In this document: in pieces, positions 1 through 8,725 of the stretch
Position numbering within the stretch: position 1 is the stretch's first letter
How the letters are laid out: every line of letters begins with the position of its first letter
Origin: Spirochaetia bacterium
Lineage (GTDB): Bacteria; Spirochaetota; Spirochaetia; CAKZLE01
Assembly (NCBI GenBank): GCA_963677595.1
Contig: OY782041.1
Coordinates: forward strand, 1,920,001 to 1,984,000
Reading direction: 5' to 3'
DNA length: 64,000 nt
Notes under the pieces: generated by a model
The model's input: the letters and a program-made list of their open reading frames with translations, nothing else
Database searches by the model: none
What the model was told of the DNA's origin: nothing
Made by a program: the position numbers and the translations under genes

Positions 1-119
1 CAGTTATTGAGCCTAACTTAGAAGCCTTCCGAGTTCTTGCAGATCCTGTTATGAAGGAGTTTGACGAATCTCAGTGGGCACCTGGGCTGAGACAAAGAAT
101 AATGAATCTGGAATATTAA
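1..119 (+). CDS. dctP: TRAP transporter substrate-binding protein, C-terminal fragment (5' end outside window)
   Basis: Frame from nt 3 reads VIEPNLEAFRVLADPVMKEFDESQWAPGLRQRIMNLEY*, a DctP-like C-terminus; lies directly upstream of dctQ/dctM. Confidence 0.75.
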   Translation, partial: VIEPNLEAFRVLADPVMKEFDESQWAPGLRQRIMNLEY

Positions 120-137
120 AAATATAGTTATTACTCA

Positions 138-165
138 GGGAATGGGTTGCTAATAACCCATTCCC
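138..165 (+). terminator. Intergenic stem-loop after dctP (mRNA stabiliser or partial terminator)
   Basis: GGGAATGGGTT-GCTAAT-AACCCATTCCC, 11-bp perfect stem, no strong U tract. Confidence 0.6.
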
Positions 166-184
166 GTATTAGGAGTGCAATGGT

Positions 185-646
185 ATGAAAAATCTATTAC
201 GTATAATAGATGCTATTGGAGGGATCTGTATTGGTGCCCTGTTTTTTTTAGTTCTGTTTCAGGTGCTGGCACGAATTGTATTTCAGATACCGACCTCTTG
301 GTCTGTTGAGTTAGGGAGGATCCTCTTCCTGGCTGTTGTATTTATCGGATCAGCATATCTTTTTTATTCAGATGGGCATATGGTCATTAAAGCAGTCTAT
401 GAACACCTCCATGGAAAGACGTTAAGGACTGTGGATCTTATTAATAACACATTGCTGTTGATAGGGTTGGCTGTTTTTCTGATCGGGGCAATAAGAAAGG
501 CAATCTCGAATTGGGGCATAGTTATCCCGACTCTGGAATGGATGACAAACGGATATATGTACTTGATTGTCTTTATTGGCGGATTAGGAATGTTCTTTTT
601 TGTTGCGCGTAAATTTGTAAGTATTTTACGGGGTGATGTATTATGA
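185..646 (+). CDS. dctQ: TRAP transporter small permease
   Basis: 153 aa, about 4 TM, 'QVLARIVFQIPTSWSVELGR...GH' DctQ pattern; RBS AGGAG. Confidence 0.9.
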   Translation: MKNLLRIIDAIGGICIGALFFLVLFQVLARIVFQIPTSWSVELGRILFLAVVFIGSAYLFYSDGHMVIKAVYEHLHGKTLRTVDLINNTLLLIGLAVFLIGAIRKAISNWGIVIPTLEWMTNGYMYLIVFIGGLGMFFFVARKFVSILRGDVL

Positions 647-1938
647 TATATCTCATTTTGGTTGTTGGACTGGTTACATTCCTTATATTAGGAATACCTG
701 TTGGGATGTCACTTGTAATGACTGGGGTCCTTGGGTATTTCTTTACGATGGATTTTGTGAATGCTTGGTTGAATATAGGTGTTGTTTCTCAGAAAATGAG
801 TTACAGCCTGATGAACTTCTTGCTCCTCTCAATTCCGCTCTTTATTCTTGCAGCCAAGATCATGAATACTTCGAGCATAACTAAGAAAATTTTTGGATTT
901 GCTAATACTTCAGTTGGTTTTTTGCCAGGAGGCTTAGCACATGCAAATGTTTTTGCCAGTTTATTGTTTTCTGGTATGTCAGGTGCTGCTGTCTCTGATG
1001 CTGCCGGGTTAGGACGTATCGAGATAGAGTCAATGAAATCTTATGGGTATGATTCAGATTTCAGTGCTGCTGTGACAGCTGCGTCCTCTACCATTGGTCC
1101 TATCTTTCCTCCGAGTGTTCCCATGGTTGTGTATTCAACTATTTCAGGTGTCTCTGTTGGGAAACTGTTTTTAGGCGGGGTAATTCCTGGTCTGCTGATG
1201 ACATTAGCAATGATGCTGTTGATTACCATATTTTCAAGAAAGAAGAATTACCCACGAATGCCATTCCCGACTCCAAAGGTGTTTTTTAAGTCATTTAGTC
1301 AGGCTCTGGTTCCTTTATTAACCCCAGTTATCTTATTAGTGGGTATTTGGTCAGGTACATTTACTGCAACAGAGGCAGCCGTAATTGCCGCTACCTATGC
1401 CTTGCTCCTCAGTCTGTTTGTATATAGAGAATTGGATTTAAGAAGTCTTTGGACCATATTGAAGGATACAGCGAAGGAAACTGCATCTATTGGCTTTGTT
1501 ATTGCTGCAGCAGCTTTCTATGGATGGGTTTTAGCAAGATCAGGGTTGACTTACCAGTTTGCTGAATGGATCACGAATGTGACTGAGAGTCCAATTGTTT
1601 TCCTCCTGATAATGAACGTCTTCTTCCTCATTATTGGTTGTTTTCTTGAAGCAATTGCTGCAATTATGATTTTTGGGCCAATCTTGTATGGTCCAGCAAT
1701 GAGTATCGGTGTAGATCCTATACAGTTTGGTGTGATCATGGTTTTGAACCTTATGATTGGGCTATTGACACCTCCCTTTGGGATAGTTCTGTTTATTGTC
1801 CAGGATATGGCAAAGATATCATTTCAAAGGATGGTAAAGGCAGTACTCCCATTTTTTATCCCATTGCTTTCAGTCCTGCTTTTGATGACTTTTTTCCCGC
1901 AGATTGTCACTTGGCTTCCAAGTGTTCTGAATTGGTAA
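643..1938 (+). CDS. dctM: TRAP transporter large permease
   Basis: 431 aa, motifs 'IPLFILAA', 'FSGMSGAA', 'IFPPSVPMVVY', 'GLLTPPFG'; ATGA overlap with dctQ. Confidence 0.95.
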   Translation: MIYLILVVGLVTFLILGIPVGMSLVMTGVLGYFFTMDFVNAWLNIGVVSQKMSYSLMNFLLLSIPLFILAAKIMNTSSITKKIFGFANTSVGFLPGGLAHANVFASLLFSGMSGAAVSDAAGLGRIEIESMKSYGYDSDFSAAVTAASSTIGPIFPPSVPMVVYSTISGVSVGKLFLGGVIPGLLMTLAMMLLITIFSRKKNYPRMPFPTPKVFFKSFSQALVPLLTPVILLVGIWSGTFTATEAAVIAATYALLLSLFVYRELDLRSLWTILKDTAKETASIGFVIAAAAFYGWVLARSGLTYQFAEWITNVTESPIVFLLIMNVFFLIIGCFLEAIAAIMIFGPILYGPAMSIGVDPIQFGVIMVLNLMIGLLTPPFGIVLFIVQDMAKISFQRMVKAVLPFFIPLLSVLLLMTFFPQIVTWLPSVLNW

Positions 1939-1966
1939 CAAACAAGATAATATTAAGGAGATACTT

Positions 1967-3022
1967 GTGAAACATAGAGATAGAGTAGCAGCAGCATTGC
2001 GTCATGAGACTACGGATAGGGCTCCTATGCAGATTTCTTATACTCCGGAATTCAAGAAACGGTTTTCTGAAGACCGGGGTATAACACCAGAGGAAATGAA
2101 AAATGATCCATGGACATTGGATAGAGTCGTTGGGAGTGATCTCTTGCTGTATGGCATCGGATGGTTGCAAGGATACGATGGAGAAGGTGAACGATATACT
2201 GATGAATGGAATGTGGGTTGGAAAGCTACAGAGTATGAATCCCCATTCGGTATCGGAAGGTATACTGATGTTGAGATTCATCCATTATCAAATGATGAAG
2301 CGATAGCTTCATATCACGCCCCAGATCCTATGCGATCCCATATGTATGAACCTATAAAAAGGCTGATCAAGGATTATAAGGATGAGTATTGGATTACTGG
2401 TGTTGTGAAAACAACCATTTTTGAGTGTGCATGGGGGCTACGAGGCTTGGAGCAATTGATGGTTGACTTCCTTGTAGACCCTGATCTTGCGAAAACGATT
2501 CTAAATATACCATATAACTACCATCTTGCAGTTGCCAAGGAAATGGTCAGGTTAGGTGTCGACATGATCTGGATCGGTGATGATGTGGGAAGTCAGAAGA
2601 GTATGATGATATCGCCAGAAATGTGGAGACAATTCCTGAAGCCCCTGATGGCAAGTTTTATCCATGAATTAAAATCTGTGAACAAGGATGTCATTGTTGC
2701 ATATCATTCTGATGGAGTAATTGACCCGATCATACCTGAGCTCGTGGAGATTGGTCTGGATGTGCTGAATCCGGTCCAACCGAACTGTATGGATATCTCA
2801 GTATTGAAGAAAGTATATGGGGATAACCTCTGTTTTTGGGGTGGGGTTGACCAGCAGAAAGTCCTTCCGTTTTCTACGGTAGATGAGGTGTATGCAGAAA
2901 CAAAGCATGCGTTGTCGATTCTTGGTAGGAATGGAGGCTATATTGCTGGTCCCACACATAATATTCAGCTTGATGTACCAATTGAGAACCTGAAAGCCAT
3001 GGTACAAGCTATTACTGAATAA
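1967..3022 (+). CDS. Uroporphyrinogen decarboxylase (URO-D/MtaA-CmuA) superfamily protein of unknown function
   Basis: 'FECAWGLRGLEQLMVD', 'GDDVGSQKSMMISPEMWR', 'YHSDG', 'LNPVQP', 'FWGGVD', 'THNIQ'; GTG start with RBS AAGGAG. Confidence 0.85.
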   Translation: MKHRDRVAAALRHETTDRAPMQISYTPEFKKRFSEDRGITPEEMKNDPWTLDRVVGSDLLLYGIGWLQGYDGEGERYTDEWNVGWKATEYESPFGIGRYTDVEIHPLSNDEAIASYHAPDPMRSHMYEPIKRLIKDYKDEYWITGVVKTTIFECAWGLRGLEQLMVDFLVDPDLAKTILNIPYNYHLAVAKEMVRLGVDMIWIGDDVGSQKSMMISPEMWRQFLKPLMASFIHELKSVNKDVIVAYHSDGVIDPIIPELVEIGLDVLNPVQPNCMDISVLKKVYGDNLCFWGGVDQQKVLPFSTVDEVYAETKHALSILGRNGGYIAGPTHNIQLDVPIENLKAMVQAITE

Positions 3023-3054
3023 GAACTGTTTGGGACATAAAAAAAGAAGGGCTT

Positions 3055-3900
3055 ATGAAAACTTCTTACAGAAATAAAATAAAGATATCATTAGCAATAG
3101 CCAGTGAGGATGCGCTTCCCTCAGCGTTTGTAGTTTACCGGGATAAGCTTGAGGTCAGCATGAAGAAGGCTGCCTCGATAGGTTATGAGGGTGTGGAACT
3201 TGCTCTACTCCATAAGGATCAGGTAGACATAAAAGGGATCATGGCGTTGGCTGATGGGCTGGGACTTGAAATTCCTGTTGTTTCTACAGGTCAGGTCTTT
3301 GCCGAGGGTGGTATGTGGTTTACTTCTGATGACAGTACTATCAGGCAGAAAGCGATGGACCAATTCAGCGGTCTTATGGATGTAGCCGCTGAATTCGGTT
3401 CTGCTATAAATATTGGACGCTTACGTGGATTTATCGCTGATGGACAGACTGCTGAACAGGCGGAAACAAACTTCATCAGTTGTCTGGAACCATTATCTGA
3501 TAAAGCAAAGGATTACGGGATTAATATCATTATTGAACCCGTAAACCGTTATGAGATTAACTATATAAACAGCTGTATCGAAGGTGAGCAGCTTCTATCG
3601 AAATTAAACCGTGATAATGTCATGCTCATGCCTGATGTATTCCATATGAATATTGAGGACCAGCAAATTGGAAGTGAATTGAAACGTCTTGTCCCCAAGA
3701 TCGGGTATGTGCATTTTGCGGATTCTAACAGGTATTATCCGGGGAATGGTCATCTGGATTTTAATGATGCGATCAGAGGTTTATTAGATGGAGGTTATTC
3801 TGGATATATCGGGGTGGAGATATTAGCTAAACCTGATCCTGATACAGCTGCTGAAAAGTCTTTTTCATACCTTGATAAGTTGCTAAGAAATACATACTGA
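3055..3900 (+). CDS. iolO: Sugar isomerase/epimerase (AP_endonuc_2 TIM barrel), IolO-like 5-keto-L-gluconate epimerase
   Basis: 'IEPVNRYE', 'DVFHMNIE', 'HFADSNR..PG.GHLDF', 'GVE'; resembles Thermotoga IolO as recalled. Confidence 0.7.
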   Translation: MKTSYRNKIKISLAIASEDALPSAFVVYRDKLEVSMKKAASIGYEGVELALLHKDQVDIKGIMALADGLGLEIPVVSTGQVFAEGGMWFTSDDSTIRQKAMDQFSGLMDVAAEFGSAINIGRLRGFIADGQTAEQAETNFISCLEPLSDKAKDYGINIIIEPVNRYEINYINSCIEGEQLLSKLNRDNVMLMPDVFHMNIEDQQIGSELKRLVPKIGYVHFADSNRYYPGNGHLDFNDAIRGLLDGGYSGYIGVEILAKPDPDTAAEKSFSYLDKLLRNTY

Positions 3901-4112
3901 AGCAAAAATGTCAGAACTCACATGTACTGACCCTGGGAGAATCTGCCTGCCAGATTATAGCGCATCTCAACAAAGATATCCTTGGTGAACAGATACCTGT
4001 CAGGGTTAATTGGTAAGTGGTATTCTGGGTTCAGAGGATGGGATACTGTCTTGATAAAACCTATTGACCGAGATGAATCTATAAAGTTACTTGCTCTAAA
4101 TCCAGTACAAAG

Positions 4113-4310
4113 AAGGCCTCAGGTGATGTTGCAGGACATGATTCAGCGATGATCGCGGCTGTCGAGCGCATCGCCGATTCGGTCGATATCATCCTGCTTG
4201 CCCAGATCTCGCTTGATGGGATCAAGCCTGGACTGGCCTCTCCCATCAGGGAGAAGACCCGGTCCTCCCTCGACTTCCTGTCGGAGACCGTAACCTCACT
4301 GGGGCTGTGA
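4113..4310 (+). pseudogene. C-terminal remnant of an Asp/Glu/hydantoin racemase family gene
   Basis: Reads KASGDVAGHDSAMIAAVERIADSVDIILLAQISLDG...LGL*; in-frame TGA at 4074-4076 upstream and no start codon with RBS; GC content rises here. Confidence 0.6.
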
Positions 4311-4495
4311 CCCAGCACTGTAGTCGGAGCCTCAACAATATCTCACAGTAACTTAACAGGATTTCACTTTATCATTGCCCTCTTGCCGGTATACAATACC
4401 AGGTGGAGAGTGCAGCTCATCATCCCCGTATGTTCTCCCGGTTATCATATCCGTACCGGCTCTTCGCTATCTCACGAGTAAGAGGAGAGAGATCA

Positions 4496-5467
4496 ATGAA
4501 ACTGACATTCACCTTGAAGGGTAGGCAGCTGTTTACCTATGTCCTGATCATCCTGGTCCTCGGAGCCCTCCCGATGGTGGTCTTCGCCGGGCTGAACGAC
4601 TGGAGTTACCCGATCCCCTTCGTGGACGAGTCCGGTATCTTCATGCTCTTTCTCGGCCTCTATGAGGTGATCCTCCTGACTGTCATCATGATCCAGGCAG
4701 TACGGCTGGTGGTCGGGCACCTGCGATTCGGGGATGATGGATTCTCCTTCGAAGGTGATACCCTCAGTTTCCTCTGGCTCATGATCTACGGATCTGTATT
4801 GAGTGCCGTGACGATCGGGATCTATGTCCCCTGGTTCGTGAAGAAGGTGAACACCTACTTCATCGAGAACACCCGTCTCGGGGCACGGACCTTTACTTTC
4901 AATGGAGAGCCGAAACAGATCATCTGGAAGTATATCGGGTTCGTCATCCTCATGGCTGGCGTTACCGGGCTGGTTACCCGTATCCTGGGGCCGGACAGCG
5001 TCCAGGAGCCCATGACTGGTGCGGAACGGATGTTCTCCAACATCGTCTCCTCGATCGTCTCGGTCCCCCTGGTCTACCTCTTCCTCAAGTGGACCCTCCA
5101 GATATCCTACCATGAGTTGAAGCTGCAGCAGCAGTTCGAGACCAGGGGCTCCATGTGGATCCTTCTGAGGAACATGGTGCTCACCAATATTACCTTCGGG
5201 CTCTTCGGCCCCTTCGCCCAGTTCAGCTGGTATGCCTACTTCGCTGAGCGGGTTTCCTTCCAGAGTGATAAAGAATCATACCACTTCAGGATCTCAGGGG
5301 AGAAAGCAGACGTCTATAAGCTCATCCTGCGGGAGTTCCTGCTGACCATCATTACCCTGGGAATCTACGGGGCCTGGGCATTCTGCCATGTGGTCGAGGC
5401 TGTCCTCGACCATACGGAGATCAGCAGGGAAGAAGGGACGGCAGCAGAAGCTCTCCCACCGGTGTAA
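4496..5467 (+). CDS. DUF898/YjgN-family membrane protein
   Basis: Repeated 'TIGIYVPW', 'TFGLFGPF', 'ITLGIYGAW' motifs; start moved to ATG 4496 after GAGGAG. Confidence 0.8.
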   Translation: MKLTFTLKGRQLFTYVLIILVLGALPMVVFAGLNDWSYPIPFVDESGIFMLFLGLYEVILLTVIMIQAVRLVVGHLRFGDDGFSFEGDTLSFLWLMIYGSVLSAVTIGIYVPWFVKKVNTYFIENTRLGARTFTFNGEPKQIIWKYIGFVILMAGVTGLVTRILGPDSVQEPMTGAERMFSNIVSSIVSVPLVYLFLKWTLQISYHELKLQQQFETRGSMWILLRNMVLTNITFGLFGPFAQFSWYAYFAERVSFQSDKESYHFRISGEKADVYKLILREFLLTIITLGIYGAWAFCHVVEAVLDHTEISREEGTAAEALPPV

Positions 5468-5522
5468 GGAGATTGCATAATCCTTCCAGAGTTGGTAAGA
5501 CTAAGGACAGGAAGGAAGGAGT

Positions 5523-6821
5523 ATGAACAACCCACTGCCGGACAGGCTGGCACGACAGTACAGTACCGAACTCATGAAAGAGATGGATCATCACCACTGC
5601 CTCGATTTCGAGACAACCCGTACAGTCTCGACTGCCCCGCTCTTCAGACCTGGAGGCGGGCAGATGTTCGGGGTACTCGTATGCGAGGACCCCGAAGGGC
5701 ATGAGGTGATCCTGAAAGCCTTCTCCGGGCAGTATGAGGGAACGTGGATGATTCCCGGCTGGGTCCCCCCTGTCTGTGATGTACGTGAGTTCAGTGCCGT
5801 CATCTCCCATAACGACAGGGAGATCCACCGGCTTACAGACCCGATCATGACCGCAGATGAGAAGACAGCTTCAGCCCTCATCGAGAGGAGGAAGGCCCTC
5901 TCGCAGGAGAGCCTGAAGCGGGTCTACGGGCTCTATGCGTTCCGCTGCATAGACGGCAGCACCATCACCCTGCAGGATGTCTTCGGCGGCCGTCTCCCCC
6001 CGACCGGCACCGGCGACTGCTGTGGGCCGAAACTGCTGAACCATGCCTTTAAGGAAGGTCTACAGCCAAAAAGTATGGCTGAGTTCTACTTTGGGGCATC
6101 GAATAGCGCTGGAACGAGAGAACATGGAGCTTTCTATGGACCCTGCGACGACCGGTGCCGGCCGCTGCTGAAACAGATGCTTATGCTTGATATCATCTAC
6201 TGTGACGAGACTCTCATCGTGGTGAACAAGCCCTCAGGTCTCCTATCGGTCCCCGGGAGGGAGGTCTTCGACTGTGCGGAAGCACGGGTGAAGCGGCTCT
6301 TTCCTGATACGATCAAGCAGCCGGCTGTCCATCGGCTCGATATGGATACCTCGGGGCTCATCGTCTATGCCCTGACGAGGGAGGCCCATCGGGATCTCTC
6401 CATCCAGTTCATGAACAGGCAGGTGAAGAAGACCTATACGGCACTTCTTGAAGGGATCATCACCGAAGAATCCGGCAGGATAGAACTGCCGTTTCGTCTT
6501 GATGTCGATAACCGTCCCTACCAGATCTATGATCCCCTCCAGGGGAAGCTGGGGATCACTGAATGGAGGAGGGTCTCTGTGGAGTACTTCAAGCCGGGAA
6601 GACCTGCCACCAGGATCGAATTCACTCCCCTGACAGGCAGGACCCACCAGCTGCGGGTGCACAGTGCCCATGATCTGGGGTTGGGCCACCCGATCATTGG
6701 GGACAAGCTCTATGGGAGAGAAGAGCCCGGACAAAGGCTGCTGCTCCATGCGGACATGCTCTCCTTTCTTCACCCGGAGAGCGGGGAACGTCTGACCTTC
6801 GAGTTACCGCCCGAATTCTAG
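5523..6821 (+). CDS. RluA-family pseudouridine synthase with Cys-rich N-terminal extension
   Basis: 'VNKPSGLLSVPG', 'HRLDMDTSG', 'TGRTHQLRVH', 'LLLHA'; N-domain 'GQMFGVLV', 'GDCCGPKLL', 'PCDDRC'. Confidence 0.9.
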   Translation: MNNPLPDRLARQYSTELMKEMDHHHCLDFETTRTVSTAPLFRPGGGQMFGVLVCEDPEGHEVILKAFSGQYEGTWMIPGWVPPVCDVREFSAVISHNDREIHRLTDPIMTADEKTASALIERRKALSQESLKRVYGLYAFRCIDGSTITLQDVFGGRLPPTGTGDCCGPKLLNHAFKEGLQPKSMAEFYFGASNSAGTREHGAFYGPCDDRCRPLLKQMLMLDIIYCDETLIVVNKPSGLLSVPGREVFDCAEARVKRLFPDTIKQPAVHRLDMDTSGLIVYALTREAHRDLSIQFMNRQVKKTYTALLEGIITEESGRIELPFRLDVDNRPYQIYDPLQGKLGITEWRRVSVEYFKPGRPATRIEFTPLTGRTHQLRVHSAHDLGLGHPIIGDKLYGREEPGQRLLLHADMLSFLHPESGERLTFELPPEF

Positions 6822-6826
6822 AGTCC

Positions 6827-6869
6827 CAGAAGCTGAATCAAAGATTCAGAAGCTGAATTAAAGATTCAG
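6827..6869. repeat. 20-bp tandem duplication with internal palindromes between convergent genes
   Basis: CAGAAGCTGAATCAAAGATT / CAGAAGCTGAATTAAAGATT / CAG. Confidence 0.8.
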
Positions 6870-7547
6870 CAACCAGTCCATGAGCGGGCGCATCTGGACA
6901 GCTGCCCCAAAGCAGGTATCAAGCAATTCTCTGCGGTAAAGCAAGTCATGCCCTATGGGGATGCCCATACCCAGCCCGGTATGACGCAGCAGGGACTCCC
7001 TGGGATGGTCCTTGTCATAACCCCTGGGGACTCGCTTGTAGTGCGGGTCCTCCATGAGTCCCAGTTCACCTTGGCCTAGCTCATCGAGGATCGATACGAG
7101 TGAGGTGCCTCTTTGCTTGTTGTCTACAGCCTCCCGGTAGAGCGGCAGCAGCTCCTTGGGGAAGATGTGCTGCCCGCCGTAGAAGAAGCTCTGCTGTGCG
7201 TCGATGTGGAAGTAGAAGATCGGCTGCTCTACCTTCTTACCCTCCCGTAAGGGGAACATGATCCCGAGGTTCTCCTTGTAGGGCTTCTTGTCGGGGGAGA
7301 ACCGGATGTCGCGGTAGATGCGCATCAGGGAACCCGAACCGTTCGTCTGGGTTCCCCATGAGAGGGTCGGGTACTCCTTGATAAGCTTTCTCCCCAAATC
7401 TATGATGAACCGTCTTGACGGCTCGAGGACTGCTCCCTCATAGGTCGGGCGGTGGGAATTGAACCATTCCCGGTCGTTATGGATCGTAAGGTCCCGAAAG
7501 AACTGTACCGTCTCTTCGGAGAACCCGGTGAACTCCTCGTTACTCAT
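6858..7547 (-). CDS. DUF2461 (TIGR02453-like) protein
   Basis: 'FFRDL..HNDREWF...R..YE', 'RIYRDIRFSPDKKPYK', 'KRVPRGYDKDHP'. Confidence 0.9.
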   Translation of the reverse strand: MSNEEFTGFSEETVQFFRDLTIHNDREWFNSHRPTYEGAVLEPSRRFIIDLGRKLIKEYPTLSWGTQTNGSGSLMRIYRDIRFSPDKKPYKENLGIMFPLREGKKVEQPIFYFHIDAQQSFFYGGQHIFPKELLPLYREAVDNKQRGTSLVSILDELGQGELGLMEDPHYKRVPRGYDKDHPRESLLRHTGLGMGIPIGHDLLYRRELLDTCFGAAVQMRPLMDWLLNL

Positions 7548-7596
7548 TGCATGCTCCTGAACTTACTCTACTATGGCAGCAATCCGGTGACAATAC

Positions 7597-8670
7597 CTAG
7601 ATCTCGTCGCTGCCTATCTCCAGGGACCAGATCGTCCCGCCGTCGATGCTGCAGCGCAGCAGGTGGGCCGGGATCTTCTCCCCGGATTTCACCGGCCCGC
7701 TGGGGATGTAGATGTAGTAGGGGTCCTCTTCCAAGCGTGACTTCTCATCGAACCCATCGGTCTTCAGGTCATTGGCGATGATGATATCGACATACATGAC
7801 TTCGTTATCGGGATAGATCCCCTCAAGGACACAGAGCACGGTGGCCTCTGTGCCATCTGCATTGCACCTGATGACCCTGCCCCCGGTGTTGATGTAAAGC
7901 TTCCCATCGTACATGGTGATGCCGGTACAGCCGTAGTCTATCTCTTCCTGGGTGATCCCGGAACTGCCGGTGAAGAGATAGGTTTGCCCACTGGTTGGAG
8001 GGTCCTCTGATGCAAGATCTATGGTCTGGAACCCGAAGTATTCGTCGCTGACGACATAGAGCAGGTAGGTTGTCTCGTCATAGAACATGTCAATATACCC
8101 GCCGGAATCGTCAGTCAGGTACTGTAGGGTCCAGCCGTTCTCATTATTGAATGCACCGGTATTGTGTGTGGGGGTATCGAACGGGGAGAGGAAGATAGCA
8201 TTCTCCTCCCGATCGGCGACCACCAGGCGTTTAAAACGGGGTTCCAGCTCCTCTCCTACCTGGAACTCAGGCACGATGATCACATTCACCGGTTGGGTGC
8301 CAACGGAATAGTTCTCCATCTCGGTGCGCCAGTCCCCGGCCCCCTGGATCCCGTACTGGAAGATCTTCCCGCTGTTCGGGTCGCAGATCCAGATCTCATG
8401 GGTATCAGGGTCATAGACCAGGCCGTGGGGCAGGTCGAAGGTGGGGAAGTCCTCGGGGCTTATGTCTTCCCCTTGAGCTATCGTCGTTACCTTGTGGCTC
8501 TCCGGTGCACTGATGTAGAGGATGCCATCATGGGCATCCATCCCGAAGAAGTAGGAGGGGCCGAATGCATCGTCATCGCCGCCGCCGAGGAACTTCGAGA
8601 TGAGGTCGCAGCCAGTGAATGTGAGGGTGATGATGACCAATAAGAGGATTACGGTTCGTGAGGTTCTCAT
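7597..8670 (-). CDS. Lipoprotein, probably NHL/YncE-like beta-propeller
   Basis: Start moved to ATG 8670 (RBS AAGGAG); signal peptide ending 'LTFTGC'; repeats such as 'PHGLVYDP...IWICD', 'GITMYDGKLYI'. Confidence 0.65.
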   Translation of the reverse strand: MRTSRTVILLLVIITLTFTGCDLISKFLGGGDDDAFGPSYFFGMDAHDGILYISAPESHKVTTIAQGEDISPEDFPTFDLPHGLVYDPDTHEIWICDPNSGKIFQYGIQGAGDWRTEMENYSVGTQPVNVIIVPEFQVGEELEPRFKRLVVADREENAIFLSPFDTPTHNTGAFNNENGWTLQYLTDDSGGYIDMFYDETTYLLYVVSDEYFGFQTIDLASEDPPTSGQTYLFTGSSGITQEEIDYGCTGITMYDGKLYINTGGRVIRCNADGTEATVLCVLEGIYPDNEVMYVDIIIANDLKTDGFDEKSRLEEDPYYIYIPSGPVKSGEKIPAHLLRCSIDGGTIWSLEIGSDEI

Positions 8671-8725
8671 AGGTGACTCCTTTGTGTCAGGTCTCGCAGG
8701 TCCAAAGAAGTATGGGATCAGTATA

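Noticed and set aside
3901-4110. Possible riboswitch or sRNA after iolO (small hairpins such as AATCTG-CCTGC-CAGATT)
   Set aside because: Stems are short and no known motif matches; not distinguishable from chance.
6827-6869. CRISPR array
   Set aside because: Only two adjacent 20-bp units with no spacers and no cas genes.
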